A stretch of DNA of 64,000 bases from Acetatifactor sp. (GCA_024693365.1 JAILLF010000054.1:2149-66148), one strand, 5' to 3'. Counted from the first letter of the stretch, positions 26,880 through 37,209 are shown. The notes: generated from the letters alone by a model not told the origin. Numbers and translations: made by a program.

Positions 26880-28712
26880 CTACGGAATGCTTTCGGACGC
26901 ACAGACGGAACCAAACCCCACCTTCTCGTTTGGATAAATTGTCTCCCCGCGGATGGACTGTGCACTGCCCCGCAAATAGGCCTTGATCTTTTCGCCATAT
27001 AAATAGGGATCCTTTCCTCGAATGATTCCCCATTCCATCAAAAGCGCCGCGCTGCCGCTGACGATCGGCGTGCTGAAGGACGTACCCGTCTGATAGGAAT
27101 AACCGCCAAGGACGTCCGGCGCCAGGATTCCCACGCCGGGCGCCACCAGGTCGGGCTTGGCAATCCCATATCCCACGCGCTCTCCAAGGACGTTTGTCAT
27201 GCCATAGCCCCTGCCTGAAAAATCAGCATAAGCTTCAAAGGCAGGATCATATGCCCCAACCGTGATCACCTTCGAAGCCGATCCCGGAATGGTCAGCGTC
27301 CTCTCTGGAGTTGGCTCCAAAAAGCCGGTTCCCCGGTTTCTGGTCACGGCTGACGGCAGGTAAAAGGAAAAGGCACCCGTGACAATCCTTACGGGTTCCA
27401 AAAGGAAGCGCCAGATTCCCTCCTGCAAAAAGGTTCCCGGCTCCTGCGGCAACAGTTCCAGATAGATCTCCTGCGATGCGGAATAGGGCGTTGGCTCCCC
27501 AAAATATACCAAGATCCTCGCATCCTCCACGCGCAGCGCGTATCCTCCGCCACTGGTGTCTTGGCGCTCCGGCATAAGGCTAGCGGTCGTGCCTCCCGGG
27601 GCGCGCAGCAAGATGCGAAACTGATCACCATAATACTTCCAAAGCTGCACGCTCAAATGCCTTTCAAACCCTGCGATCGCAAGATCGATCATTCTCTTCC
27701 CGGTAAGCTTTCCCGCAACGTGTCCCGAAGAATTCCCCTCATTGCCGCTGCCCACGCAGATCACGCATCTTCCAATCTCCGCCGCGTTGTCGAGGAACCG
27801 TTCCAAGAGCGTACTGCCGTCATGGGCACCGTAGGTGTTCCCAAAGCTTAGGTTAATGACCAGCGGGCGCTCAAGCTCCTGAGCCTTCTTTACGCAATAG
27901 GTCACGGCCCTTAATATCTCCGTCGTCTTCGAGTATCCCGTCAGATCGCCGTTATCTCCTCCCAGCTTTACGATCAAAAGATCTGCTTCCGGTGCCACGC
28001 CCTGATAGGAAGTCGTCCGCGATGCCGCCGCGATCCCGGCAACGGCCGTCCCGTGTCCGGATACGTCGATCGTGGGCATACGTTCCCATCGCTCCGCCTC
28101 CATCGGCAGCGCGAGCGTCTCATTGATCCAATCCGCGTCAAATTCCACGCCCTTAAAAAAGCCCCGCGGCGGGCCGGGGGGCCGTGTTTCACGGAAGCCC
28201 TGAAACTGCCCTGACAACCCTGATTCAACAATGTCCTGCGCTATCCCGTCCGGAGTAATGGTCTGGTCCCAGAAATACAGGATCCTCGTTGTTCCGTCCT
28301 CCTTCCGGAACTCGCTTCTCTGATAGGCAATCCCGCTGTCAATCACCGCGACCAACACGCCTTGCCCACTCAAAAAAGGGTCCCTGGCAGTCACGCCGGC
28401 AATGCAGGCGCGCGCCGAGGGCCCTTCCTGAATAAAATAAAAGTTTTTGGGCTTTTCCACGTATTCAATTTGCGGGTTTGCGCCGGCCGCCTCAACAAGC
28501 GCCTCCGGCACAGTCAAAATGGCATATCCGGCAATTAATGGCTCTACGCGGACCATCCCTGGCAATGCATCCAAACTGCCATTATACTTTACGATCAGCT
28601 CCCACGTCCCGGATGCCGGATCAAACCCCGTGTCCAGATCTTCTGTCCGTTCCCTGACCTCCTGCGGCGTCTCCAGTGCAAGCATTAACTGATTCTCTAT
28701 CTTTTGGGACAT
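26880..28712 (-). CDS. Subtilisin-like S8 serine protease without a signal peptide, Csp-like (germination-protease-like) architecture
   Basis: Catalytic motifs VAVIDSGI (Asp), SGHGTAVAGI (His), GTSFSTPIVSG (Ser). N-terminal prodomain-like region, and a ~330-aa His-to-Ser spacing consistent with an inserted domain. Confidence 0.85.
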   Translation of the reverse strand: MSQKIENQLMLALETPQEVRERTEDLDTGFDPASGTWELIVKYNGSLDALPGMVRVEPLIAGYAILTVPEALVEAAGANPQIEYVEKPKNFYFIQEGPSARACIAGVTARDPFLSGQGVLVAVIDSGIAYQRSEFRKEDGTTRILYFWDQTITPDGIAQDIVESGLSGQFQGFRETRPPGPPRGFFKGVEFDADWINETLALPMEAERWERMPTIDVSGHGTAVAGIAAASRTTSYQGVAPEADLLIVKLGGDNGDLTGYSKTTEILRAVTYCVKKAQELERPLVINLSFGNTYGAHDGSTLLERFLDNAAEIGRCVICVGSGNEGNSSGHVAGKLTGKRMIDLAIAGFERHLSVQLWKYYGDQFRILLRAPGGTTASLMPERQDTSGGGYALRVEDARILVYFGEPTPYSASQEIYLELLPQEPGTFLQEGIWRFLLEPVRIVTGAFSFYLPSAVTRNRGTGFLEPTPERTLTIPGSASKVITVGAYDPAFEAYADFSGRGYGMTNVLGERVGYGIAKPDLVAPGVGILAPDVLGGYSYQTGTSFSTPIVSGSAALLMEWGIIRGKDPYLYGEKIKAYLRGSAQSIRGETIYPNEKVGFGSVCASESIP

Positions 28713-28758
28713 GACGTTCCTCGTTTCGCCATGAAATCCATATATTTTATGCCATTTT

Positions 28759-28947
28759 CTACAATTTATTCTCAGCCCGGGCTTTCTCCGGATCTCCCTC
28801 GAGAAGAATGCATGCCTTTCTTAACATGTCGATCTTTTCCGACTCTCTCAGATCTCCCTTCTCGATCGCGTCATAAACCTTTTCAAACGCCTCCCAGTCC
28901 AGCTTCCATTTTGCCTCCGCAAATAACGTTTTGAATTCACCGTCCAC
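28759..28947 (-). CDS. Small charged helical ORF (62 aa, GTG start), possibly the out-of-frame C-terminus of the upstream gene
   Basis: Overlaps the upstream ORF end by 11 nt in another frame. No SD seen. The sequence looks protein-like (KWKLDWEAFEKVYDAIEKGDLRESEKIDMLRKA). Confidence 0.35.
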   Translation of the reverse strand: MDGEFKTLFAEAKWKLDWEAFEKVYDAIEKGDLRESEKIDMLRKACILLEGDPEKARAENKL

Positions 28948-29527
28948 GATTTCGTAAAGCTTGCTCTGCTGATTTCTTCATTTCCTTTCTGCCCTTGTTG
29001 ATCGTCTCAAAGACCTGAAGGTAATTGTCCAAGACCTTTTCATTGCTGCCATACACCATCTGAAATGCCACTTCCCAGGGCGGGCAGATCACTGCGCGTA
29101 CGTCCGCGCCGCGCAGAATGGCATCATAAATGTCTTTCTTGATATTACGCGTCAAAATCAGACGATACCCGGAGATCCAGATCATGCGGTCGCAATCCGA
29201 AAGCAACGCCTGCAACGCTTCCTTCTTGTCCTGAAAGAGATTCTGAATGCCAAATGCCCGGAGGTCTTCCAGGTATTTTTCGTTTTTATGCTCATGATAG
29301 CTCACAATGATGTCCGCCAGCATGGTAAAAACGGTTACCAACAGTGAAGTAAACAGGGCAAGCAATATGTTAGCCATAACTTCATCCTGCCGAAGCTCCG
29401 GAATCTGATACGCCAAAAGTGACAGGATAAAGATGATCAGCATGATGATCATGATCCAAAACTGCGTCTGAAGTTTATATGCCTTGATCTTGCTCCACAG
29501 AGTGCTCTTTCTATTCATTGCTTCCAA
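28937..29527 (-). CDS. Membrane protein, two N-terminal TM helices plus a cytoplasmic domain of unknown function
   Basis: 196 aa. TM segments FWIMIIMLIIFILSLLAY and ILLALFTSLLVTVFTMLADIIV. Confidence 0.6.
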   Translation of the reverse strand: MEAMNRKSTLWSKIKAYKLQTQFWIMIIMLIIFILSLLAYQIPELRQDEVMANILLALFTSLLVTVFTMLADIIVSYHEHKNEKYLEDLRAFGIQNLFQDKKEALQALLSDCDRMIWISGYRLILTRNIKKDIYDAILRGADVRAVICPPWEVAFQMVYGSNEKVLDNYLQVFETINKGRKEMKKSAEQALRNRGR

Positions 29528-30047
29528 TCTCCTTCAGATAGTATACCGTATCGATTCCGGGACCTCTGTCATCCGGGATCGCCTTGATCAGTTGAAATCC
29601 CATTTTCTTAAGCAATGAGAGGTGGGCGTCGTTGGTCGACCAGGTTCTTGTCGCGACCTTGCGCCCCTTGCTGATCCGGAACAACTCATCGTACATTCTC
29701 CGCGTCAGGCCCTGCTTGCGGCTTTCGGGCTCCACGACAATGGTGGAAATATAATTGCAGGTCACCTCCCTGCCATCGATCAAAAGCACGTGATCGGGAA
29801 TGTACGTAAGAAATCCGTTCACTCTGCCGTCCTTTACCGCAAGGATAAATGCCTGTCGAATCATCTGTTCAAAATAACTGACGGGACCCCGCGCGTCACC
29901 TTTACCCGGCAAAAGCGCCGCCTGCGTTGTCTTTTCACGGGAGGAAAGCGGTGGAATAAACTCTCCGTCGGCGTCTGACAGCAATTTCCATACGTCGTCC
30001 TGATATTTTTTTGTAAGCCTTTTTAGTCTCAGGAATTCCTGCGACAT
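29511..30047 (-). CDS. GNAT family N-acetyltransferase
   Basis: 178 aa. Acetyl-CoA-binding-type motif VVEPESRKQGLTRRMYDEL. Confidence 0.8.
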   Translation of the reverse strand: MSQEFLRLKRLTKKYQDDVWKLLSDADGEFIPPLSSREKTTQAALLPGKGDARGPVSYFEQMIRQAFILAVKDGRVNGFLTYIPDHVLLIDGREVTCNYISTIVVEPESRKQGLTRRMYDELFRISKGRKVATRTWSTNDAHLSLLKKMGFQLIKAIPDDRGPGIDTVYYLKEIGSNE

Positions 30048-30052
30048 AATCT

Positions 30053-32464
30053 TTAGTCCTCCTTTGACTCAATAAAATATAATCTGGCCCCGAAATCCGG
30101 ATAATATCTCACCTGATCATTATAACCCGTCCCGCCGAAGGGTTGCTTCAGATTCACGCCACCGCGCATCAGCACGTCGCCGGAAAGCAAATACCCTTCC
30201 GTCTCCCCGTCCATCTTCACGAATTTTGCCACCACGTTGTGCAGCAGCGAATCCTGTTTTACGTGAATGGGCGCTACGGTGTTGATCAGGTCGCCAAAGC
30301 CTTTTACGTTATACTTGAGTTCTCTGTTGCTGAAATGATAAGTTTTTCCTTCGTCCAATGCCCTCGCGCGAAGGTGCAGGGAGTGCGTGTTTGGAATTGC
30401 AAAGCGCTGCATCAGTGCGATGACCTCCCTGGTTTGGTCCTCTGATACGCAGAACCATTCCTGGAAATTTCCCTCTCCGTCCCGCAGATTGCTGATGCCG
30501 GCAGTCCCTGCTTCGCCAAAGCTTCTTCCGCGGATCCACGTGCCAAACTGGAAAACGCTTCTCCAGGATTTATACAGCTCGATCTGATTCCGGATGGCCT
30601 CCAGATCCTCTTTTTTCATGTCCGCCAGATTGCATTCATAGCCCAGCGCGCCAAAGCATGCCACTGCAAAACGCGTCTCAAGCGGCGTCACTCGAAGCGT
30701 CTGATGGTTTGGACAGGAAGATACGTGCGCGCCGATCACGGACTGAGGATATCCATAGCCGTACCCGTTTTGGATCTCCGCGCGGCACAGCGCATCCGTG
30801 TCATCACTCGCCCAAATCTGCGGGAAGTAACACAAAATACCCAGGTCAAAACGGTTTCCGCCGGATGCGCAGCCCTCAAACAAAATCTCGGGGAAGGCCT
30901 CCGTGAGTTCCTTCATGCAGCGGTATAATCCCATTTGATATCGGTGAACCACCTCGCCCTGCCGTTCCTTTGGAAGTGCCTGCGAATAAGCGTCACTGAA
31001 AACGCGGTTCATGTCCCATTTTACGTAAGAAATACTGGCGTAGGAAAAGACTCTGCTCATCTCGTCAATCATATACTGTTGTACGTCCGGATTACTCAAA
31101 TCCAAGATTCTTTGGTTCCGGCCTTCACTGTGTACCTTTCCCGGCACCTCCAGAACCCATTCCGGATGGGCGCGGTAAAGATCGCTGTCAACGTTGACCA
31201 TCTCCGGCTCCACCCAGATTCCAAAGTCCAGTCCCATGGCATTGATCTTTTTTGCCAGACCCTTCAGGCCGCCCGGAAGCTTCTTTTTATTCTCCGTCCA
31301 ATCGCCCAGCGATGACGTATCGTCGTCCCGCTTTCCAAACCAGCCGTCGTCCAGTACAAAAAGCTCGATCCCGACACTCTTTGCCGTCTCAGCAAGCTTT
31401 AAGAGCTTCGATTCGTTAAAGTCAAAGTAAAATGCCTCCCAGCTGTTGAGCAGAACAGGCCTTTCCTTCTTTTTCCAAGTGCCGCGGACAATATGCTCCC
31501 TGACAAATGCATGCATGTTCTTACTCATGCCGTTTCGCCCCGCGCCGGAAAAGGTCATCACGGCCTCAGGAGCCTCAAAGCGCTCTCCCGGTTCCAAAAT
31601 CCAAGCAAATCCCTGCGGATTGATGCCGGTCGCCACTCTTGTCTTTCCGTAGGGGCTCACCTCCACGACTTCATAATGATTGCCGCTGTAGATCAGGTTA
31701 AACCCGATGCACTCACCGTGATCCTCCCCAGTGGTACGCTTTTCCAGAAAGAAAAAGGGATTGGCCCGGTTTGAGGAAGTTCCCGTCGCGGAGGATAGTA
31801 CGTATTTCCCGCCCGTAAGCGGGATGCGATTTTCATGCATCTCTCTCGTCCATGCGCCGGTAAAGCTCCGTACAATCCAATCATCCTCATCGAGATCCAC
31901 CAGAAGGCTCAAAAGGCGCTCTACCGTCACGGGCGCCTCACCTTCATTCACCAGAACGGCGCTGCGCGTAATGACGTTGCATTCCTCATACGTCCAGTAA
32001 TTGATTTCCAGCTTAAGCCCCTGCCATGCATCCTTTAGCGTAATCTTCAGCCGTTGTACCCGTCCTGTCTCGTCGCAGGATCCGGGGAGCGTCAGGAAAG
32101 GCTCTTTTCCCTCACTGATCTCATGGCTGTCATAGACAAAATCCAGCGTCCTTACGCCATCTTTTCCAATAACCTCCGCCATGGGCTCGCGCACGTCTCC
32201 CTTTCCTGATGCCGAGCATTCCAGCGCGCAATACTCCATCGAGAAGGTTTTGTCCTCCTGATCATAACACAGCGAATTGCCAGGTGCAAACGCCTGTTTT
32301 TCCAAGAGCGCCTCCACCTGGCCCGCCGCAAGCTCTTCCCTGCCAAGAAGCTCGATTCTTTCGCCATAATAAACATGTTCGAGCAGCCCGTTAGGGCGTG
32401 CCCGAAACACGTACGTCGTATCTTTTGTTGACAATTCAAAACATCGATTCCGTTCCCTGATCAT
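30053..32464 (-). CDS. Alpha-galactosidase, GH36
   Basis: Hallmark FVLDDGWFGKRDDDTSSLGDW and KWDMNR motifs. ATG 32464 is preferred over the TTG at 32491 used by the track. Confidence 0.92.
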   Translation of the reverse strand: MIRERNRCFELSTKDTTYVFRARPNGLLEHVYYGERIELLGREELAAGQVEALLEKQAFAPGNSLCYDQEDKTFSMEYCALECSASGKGDVREPMAEVIGKDGVRTLDFVYDSHEISEGKEPFLTLPGSCDETGRVQRLKITLKDAWQGLKLEINYWTYEECNVITRSAVLVNEGEAPVTVERLLSLLVDLDEDDWIVRSFTGAWTREMHENRIPLTGGKYVLSSATGTSSNRANPFFFLEKRTTGEDHGECIGFNLIYSGNHYEVVEVSPYGKTRVATGINPQGFAWILEPGERFEAPEAVMTFSGAGRNGMSKNMHAFVREHIVRGTWKKKERPVLLNSWEAFYFDFNESKLLKLAETAKSVGIELFVLDDGWFGKRDDDTSSLGDWTENKKKLPGGLKGLAKKINAMGLDFGIWVEPEMVNVDSDLYRAHPEWVLEVPGKVHSEGRNQRILDLSNPDVQQYMIDEMSRVFSYASISYVKWDMNRVFSDAYSQALPKERQGEVVHRYQMGLYRCMKELTEAFPEILFEGCASGGNRFDLGILCYFPQIWASDDTDALCRAEIQNGYGYGYPQSVIGAHVSSCPNHQTLRVTPLETRFAVACFGALGYECNLADMKKEDLEAIRNQIELYKSWRSVFQFGTWIRGRSFGEAGTAGISNLRDGEGNFQEWFCVSEDQTREVIALMQRFAIPNTHSLHLRARALDEGKTYHFSNRELKYNVKGFGDLINTVAPIHVKQDSLLHNVVAKFVKMDGETEGYLLSGDVLMRGGVNLKQPFGGTGYNDQVRYYPDFGARLYFIESKED

Positions 32465-32521
32465 GCCTTCTCTCGCTTTCCAATGCTCCAAATGCGGTGA
32501 AATAACCCTTCAAGACAAATA

Positions 32522-33904
32522 TTATTTCTTCAGCTGCTCGGTGATTTCCTGCACCTTCTCTTCCGTCAGGATGAACTTCTTTGCAAACACAACGATTGCA
32601 ATGAAAAGTCCGATCACGGGAAGAATGGTCATGGTCATGCGAAGTCCCATCTTTGCGGAATTTGATACGTCCTTCGCAAAGTCAATCACCTGTTCTGCCT
32701 CCGTCGTCTCTTCATTGGACAAGTGATTCAGCGTCAGGCAAATGGAGGCTGCAAATACTGCGATGCCGGACGCCAGCTTCACAACAAAGGTCTGCATGGA
32801 GAAGATTACGGATTCATCTCTTCTGCCATTCTTTAGTTCACCGTAATCTACCGTATTGGCAAGGAAAACTGTTGTCAGCACCTGCAACACACCATTTGCC
32901 GCAAAGATGAAAAATCCCGGGATAAACAAAATATACACGCTGGACATGTTGATGAACGCAATGGCAAACAGTACCACGTAACCTATGATCGCGCTGGCAA
33001 GCGTGATATAGAAAATCTTGACGTTTGAAAAGAACTTTCGAAGCAAGGGATACGCCACCATCATGGCCAAAATCTGGATGGCGCCGCCAAACATGTTAAA
33101 CAGGGTGTAGCTGTTATACCACTCCGTTCCGCCGAAATCATATTTGAAAAAATAGATGACCAAATTTGACGTCACGTAAATGGAAGTGTTAATCAACACA
33201 ATGGCGATCACGACTACCATGGCCTGGTCATTGCTGACAAGGGCCTTAAACATCTGTCCCACGGAGGGAGATTCCACGTTGACCGTCGATTTTTCCTTGA
33301 CGGCAAAGCAAGTGGCGGCGATAAATACCATAAAGAGAGCGGCGACAATCACCGAAAGCCACAGAAATCCCAAACGCTCATTATTTCCGCCAATGGCATG
33401 CACGATCTTCATCGTAAAGATGGTGACCAGCGCAGAGCCGACGCCGGCACAGGATCTGGCAAGCGTCGTCAGGCCTTCCCTTTCCTTTCCCGACTTTGTG
33501 AAGGCCGGGATCATGGACCAATACGGGATGTCCATCATCGTGTAGGTCACGCCCCAGAGGATATAGGTGACGGCCGCGTAAGCCACGAGCCCCTTGCCAT
33601 CGAGCTTAGGAGGTGCTGAAAACATGAGGACCAGGATCACCGCATTTGTTATGGTGCCAATCATCAGCCAGGGGCGAAACTTTCCCCACTTGGTATTCGT
33701 CTTTGCCACGATCACTCCCATGATGGGATCATTAAAGGCATCAAAGATTCTGGCGACAAGCAAAATCACGCCCATTGCAAAAGCACTCACGCCAAGGACG
33801 TCCTGAAAATAATACAGCACGTAGCTCGCTGAAAGCATGTAGACCATGTCTTTTCCAACGGCGCCCAGACCGTAGGATGCCTTTTCTTTCATCGTTAATC
33901 TCAT
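32522..33904 (-). CDS. Glycoside-pentoside-hexuronide (GPH):cation symporter, MelB-like
   Basis: 460 aa, 12-TM MFS/GPH family (YGLGAVGKDMVY, RIFDAFNDPIMG). Confidence 0.88.
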   Translation of the reverse strand: MRLTMKEKASYGLGAVGKDMVYMLSASYVLYYFQDVLGVSAFAMGVILLVARIFDAFNDPIMGVIVAKTNTKWGKFRPWLMIGTITNAVILVLMFSAPPKLDGKGLVAYAAVTYILWGVTYTMMDIPYWSMIPAFTKSGKEREGLTTLARSCAGVGSALVTIFTMKIVHAIGGNNERLGFLWLSVIVAALFMVFIAATCFAVKEKSTVNVESPSVGQMFKALVSNDQAMVVVIAIVLINTSIYVTSNLVIYFFKYDFGGTEWYNSYTLFNMFGGAIQILAMMVAYPLLRKFFSNVKIFYITLASAIIGYVVLFAIAFINMSSVYILFIPGFFIFAANGVLQVLTTVFLANTVDYGELKNGRRDESVIFSMQTFVVKLASGIAVFAASICLTLNHLSNEETTEAEQVIDFAKDVSNSAKMGLRMTMTILPVIGLFIAIVVFAKKFILTEEKVQEITEQLKK

Positions 33905-33942
33905 TTGATTCCCTCCTTGCTCCTAACCTTCTTCTGCACAAG

Positions 33943-36438
33943 TTATGCCTCGACTTTAAAGTCCAGTTCCAAAGGTTCTGCGCCCTGCGCCTTCACGAGC
34001 AGCTTTCCGCTGCCGCTCTTTCCAAGCGTTCTCACGTAGGTTCCCGTCATGCCGCCTTGAAGCGAAACAACGCTCGGTCCGATCAATTCGATTTCTCCCT
34101 GAACTTCAAAGCTTACGGGATCATTACAAATGCTTAAAAGATTTCCAAACTCATCCTGCATCTGGATGCGAATGGCCGCCGCGTCATAGGTTTGATCCTC
34201 CTTTAGCGCCACGTGATCCACGGTTCCAAAAAGCTTCAAGCCATGCATGGGCTGCTTTTCCACCGTCTTTACCACCTTGCCGTCCTTGATGGCCTCAAAC
34301 CGATATGCCGTGGAGGTTCCTCCCCAGTCACCCACGTACTTGTTGTAAAGCTCCGTCGCGCGTTCCATGGTGATTTGCCTCATGGCAATCAGCCTCGCTG
34401 AAGCAAGCTTTGTCTCCAAGGAAAGATTATTGAGTCCCACTCTGGCCACTTCATTCATGATCTTCTTGACCTCTTTGGCCAGTCTGGGCTTCATGCCCTC
34501 CTTCGTCACCAGCACGTCGCCCACGAAATCATCCACCACCAATGGGCCGTGCGGCAAATAGGGATACGGGGAATCCTCCTTCCGGTACTCCTGCACGAAT
34601 TCGCCATTCTTATACATTTTCACGGAATCCGCATTCGTGAAGAGATAGATCATGCCACGGTTACATCCGGGATGTTCGCCAATATCCATGGACGAACTCG
34701 GCATGAGCGTCGGTACGTCATCCTGCTGACTCTGATAAACTGCTGCCGCAAGCTTTGGATTCCGGAACGCGTCCATCACGCCGTGATAACAGATCCGGTC
34801 GCCGCTTCCAAAGTCCTTATGCGTGTTATAGTCAAACATGCACCAGCCAAAGGATCCGGAAACGTCTTCCTCCTGCGCAACCGCCTCCAAGACGTTTGCG
34901 TGCCGCAGGGCATGCTCCACGCGCCTGTCCTCACAGTCAAAGGCCTTCGTGGGAAACATGTGACCATTGTACTCCGTGATGAGATAAGGCTTTGTCACGT
35001 CCGACGTCACGTTCTTTTTGGGCTCACAGCCCTTATTATTTCCTTCATGCACAAATTCATTGTAGGTATAAACGTCCTCCAGAAGATGACTCTTTTTGAT
35101 GGCGCGGACCCCTCCCGTCTGTCTCGTGGGGTCCAGGCGCTTCGCCTCGGCATTCGTCCTAACGTAAAAATCGTCATCATCCATGGATTCATTAATTCTG
35201 ACGCCCCAAATGATGATGGAAGGGTGATTCCGGTATTGCAGGATCATGTCCCTGACGTTCCTGACCGCCTGCTCTTTCCATTCCTCATCACCGATATGCT
35301 GCCAGCCCGGCATCTCCGTAAATACAAGCAATCCCAGCTCATCACATCTGTCCAGGAAATAATGGCTCTGCGGATAATGTGAGGTTCTCACGGCATTGAC
35401 GCCAAGTTCACGTTTCAATATCTCCGCATCATTTACCTGCAAAGATTTAGGTGCGGCATACCCAATATACGGATAGCTCTGGTGACGATTCAGGCCGCGG
35501 ATCTTGAGCTTTCTTCCATTCAGATAAAAGCCGTCCCTGCGGAACCTTGCGGTTCGGAACCCAAATACGTCAACCCTTTCGTCCAACATCACGTCACCTT
35601 GAAATAACTGCGTTTTCAGCTGATACAGGGCAGGATTCTCCACGTCCCAGAGAACGATCTCTCCCAGCGCTTCCATGCCGTCTGCCGCATAGTCCGTCGC
35701 CCCGTAAATGCCTTCCTCACCGCCAAATCTGCTCGCGCGCTTTGCCGTTTTCTCCAGCTCTGCGTCAGAAGAAAGCTTCTTTTCTCCGAGAAACACGTAT
35801 TCTCCCAGATCTTTTCTCCGAAGGAACTGTTTCACCTGGTACGCAACTGGCCCGGTAAGTCCGCTTTGCCTGGCTGCCGCAAAGCTTGCGGAATTCACCT
35901 TGATGCGGCTCCGGACGCGCCTTCCCGTCATTTGAACCGTAGAGATAAACACGTCCTCCAAAAAAGCTTCCTCATGCAAATCCAGATACACGTCGCGATA
36001 GATTCCGCCAAAGGTCATGTAATCAATTACAAAACCGAAGGGCGGCTCGTTTAACGTCTCCCTGCTGTCCACTTCCACGGCAAGGACGTTATCCTCCCCA
36101 ATCCTTAGCTTTCCCGTCAATTCAACGCTAAACGCAGTGTATCCACAGTGATGCTCCCCAATCTGCTCCCCATTTAGGAACACCCTGCAGGCATGTCCAA
36201 CACCGTCAAAGGTCAGCCTGATGCGCTTTTCCTTCCACTCGGCAGGTGCAAAAAGGATCCGTCTGTAGCCGCTGACCATCTGATAAATGCTCTCATCAAA
36301 ATAGTGTAGCGGCGTCTCCTTACAGGTGTGCGGAAGGCGCACCTCCTTAAGGCTTCCCGCATATTCTTTTTTTGTCAGTTCTACTGAGAACTGCTCCGTA
36401 AATCCCCACCTGTCATCCAGGTAAATCCTTTGTCCCAT
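33943..36438 (-). CDS. Glycoside hydrolase family 2 (beta-galactosidase/beta-glucuronidase-like)
   Basis: 831 aa. NAVRTSHYPQS, NHPSIIIWGVRINES (acid/base region), ITEYNGH (nucleophile region). Confidence 0.85.
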   Translation of the reverse strand: MGQRIYLDDRWGFTEQFSVELTKKEYAGSLKEVRLPHTCKETPLHYFDESIYQMVSGYRRILFAPAEWKEKRIRLTFDGVGHACRVFLNGEQIGEHHCGYTAFSVELTGKLRIGEDNVLAVEVDSRETLNEPPFGFVIDYMTFGGIYRDVYLDLHEEAFLEDVFISTVQMTGRRVRSRIKVNSASFAAARQSGLTGPVAYQVKQFLRRKDLGEYVFLGEKKLSSDAELEKTAKRASRFGGEEGIYGATDYAADGMEALGEIVLWDVENPALYQLKTQLFQGDVMLDERVDVFGFRTARFRRDGFYLNGRKLKIRGLNRHQSYPYIGYAAPKSLQVNDAEILKRELGVNAVRTSHYPQSHYFLDRCDELGLLVFTEMPGWQHIGDEEWKEQAVRNVRDMILQYRNHPSIIIWGVRINESMDDDDFYVRTNAEAKRLDPTRQTGGVRAIKKSHLLEDVYTYNEFVHEGNNKGCEPKKNVTSDVTKPYLITEYNGHMFPTKAFDCEDRRVEHALRHANVLEAVAQEEDVSGSFGWCMFDYNTHKDFGSGDRICYHGVMDAFRNPKLAAAVYQSQQDDVPTLMPSSSMDIGEHPGCNRGMIYLFTNADSVKMYKNGEFVQEYRKEDSPYPYLPHGPLVVDDFVGDVLVTKEGMKPRLAKEVKKIMNEVARVGLNNLSLETKLASARLIAMRQITMERATELYNKYVGDWGGTSTAYRFEAIKDGKVVKTVEKQPMHGLKLFGTVDHVALKEDQTYDAAAIRIQMQDEFGNLLSICNDPVSFEVQGEIELIGPSVVSLQGGMTGTYVRTLGKSGSGKLLVKAQGAEPLELDFKVEA

Positions 36439-36454
36439 GCCTTCCTCCGAAATC

Positions 36455-37021
36455 CTATCTTACTGCAATGCCGTTGACTAAGACGTCAACCACGTGATCC
36501 AGTGCCTCGCCATAGCTCAAATTGTTTACGATCAGAATGTCTCTCTGGAAGAACTGCTCCAGGCTTGCCTCCAACATCATCTTTACAAGGCAAAGAGGCA
36601 CGGGCCTGATCACGCCTTCCTTGATGCCCTTTTCCAGGAGCGTCAGCGTGTTCTCCCATCCGGTCTCAAGTCTTTCCTCCACGCGCTTGTAGGTGCTGGG
36701 ATACTTTTCCTTCAGTTGATAGAGCTTTCTAAGGTCAATGTCGCGATAGCTCTCCGGCATCACGCCCAGGATCTTTCTAATCTTTTCAAGCGTGGTCAGG
36801 GACTTGTCCTTCATCACCTCTTCCTCGCTGACCTTGATCTGGTCAAAGAGATAATCCACCATCTCCAAGAACATCTTTTCCTTGTCGTCAAAGACCTTGT
36901 AGATCGTCTTCTTGCTGATGCTCAGCTGCTTTGCAATGTCATCCATGGTAAACTTAAGGCCTTTTTGATTAAATACCTCCATGGTTCCGTTTAAAATAGT
37001 CTTTCTCAATTCCGTATTCAT
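36455..37021 (-). CDS. TetR family transcriptional regulator, first gene of the sugar locus
   Basis: 188 aa. N-terminal HTH FNQKGLKFTMDDIAKQLSISKKTIYKVF. Confidence 0.88.
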   Translation of the reverse strand: MNTELRKTILNGTMEVFNQKGLKFTMDDIAKQLSISKKTIYKVFDDKEKMFLEMVDYLFDQIKVSEEEVMKDKSLTTLEKIRKILGVMPESYRDIDLRKLYQLKEKYPSTYKRVEERLETGWENTLTLLEKGIKEGVIRPVPLCLVKMMLEASLEQFFQRDILIVNNLSYGEALDHVVDVLVNGIAVR

Positions 37022-37180
37022 GTTGCTTCCTCCTTAGCATGCGCTTTTGATCGGTTTCCCTCTCTAATCTTTCCAGTTTTCCTCTTTTCGGGATTATGTT
37101 TCCCGTATTGCCGTAATTCCTTTTTGTTTCACCTCTCCTTTCGCGGAAACGGTTTATGGTTTATAGGTTTCGTTATTTTT

Positions 37181-37209
37181 ATTATAGCAAAGCAGTTTCC
37201 ATATCGCAA
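37181..37209 (-). promoter_or_regulatory. SigmaA-type promoter for the TetR/GH2 operon
   Basis: Minus strand TTGCGA (37209..37204), 17-nt spacer, TATAAT (37186..37181), flanked by a GGTTTC...GGAAAC inverted repeat. Confidence 0.55.
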
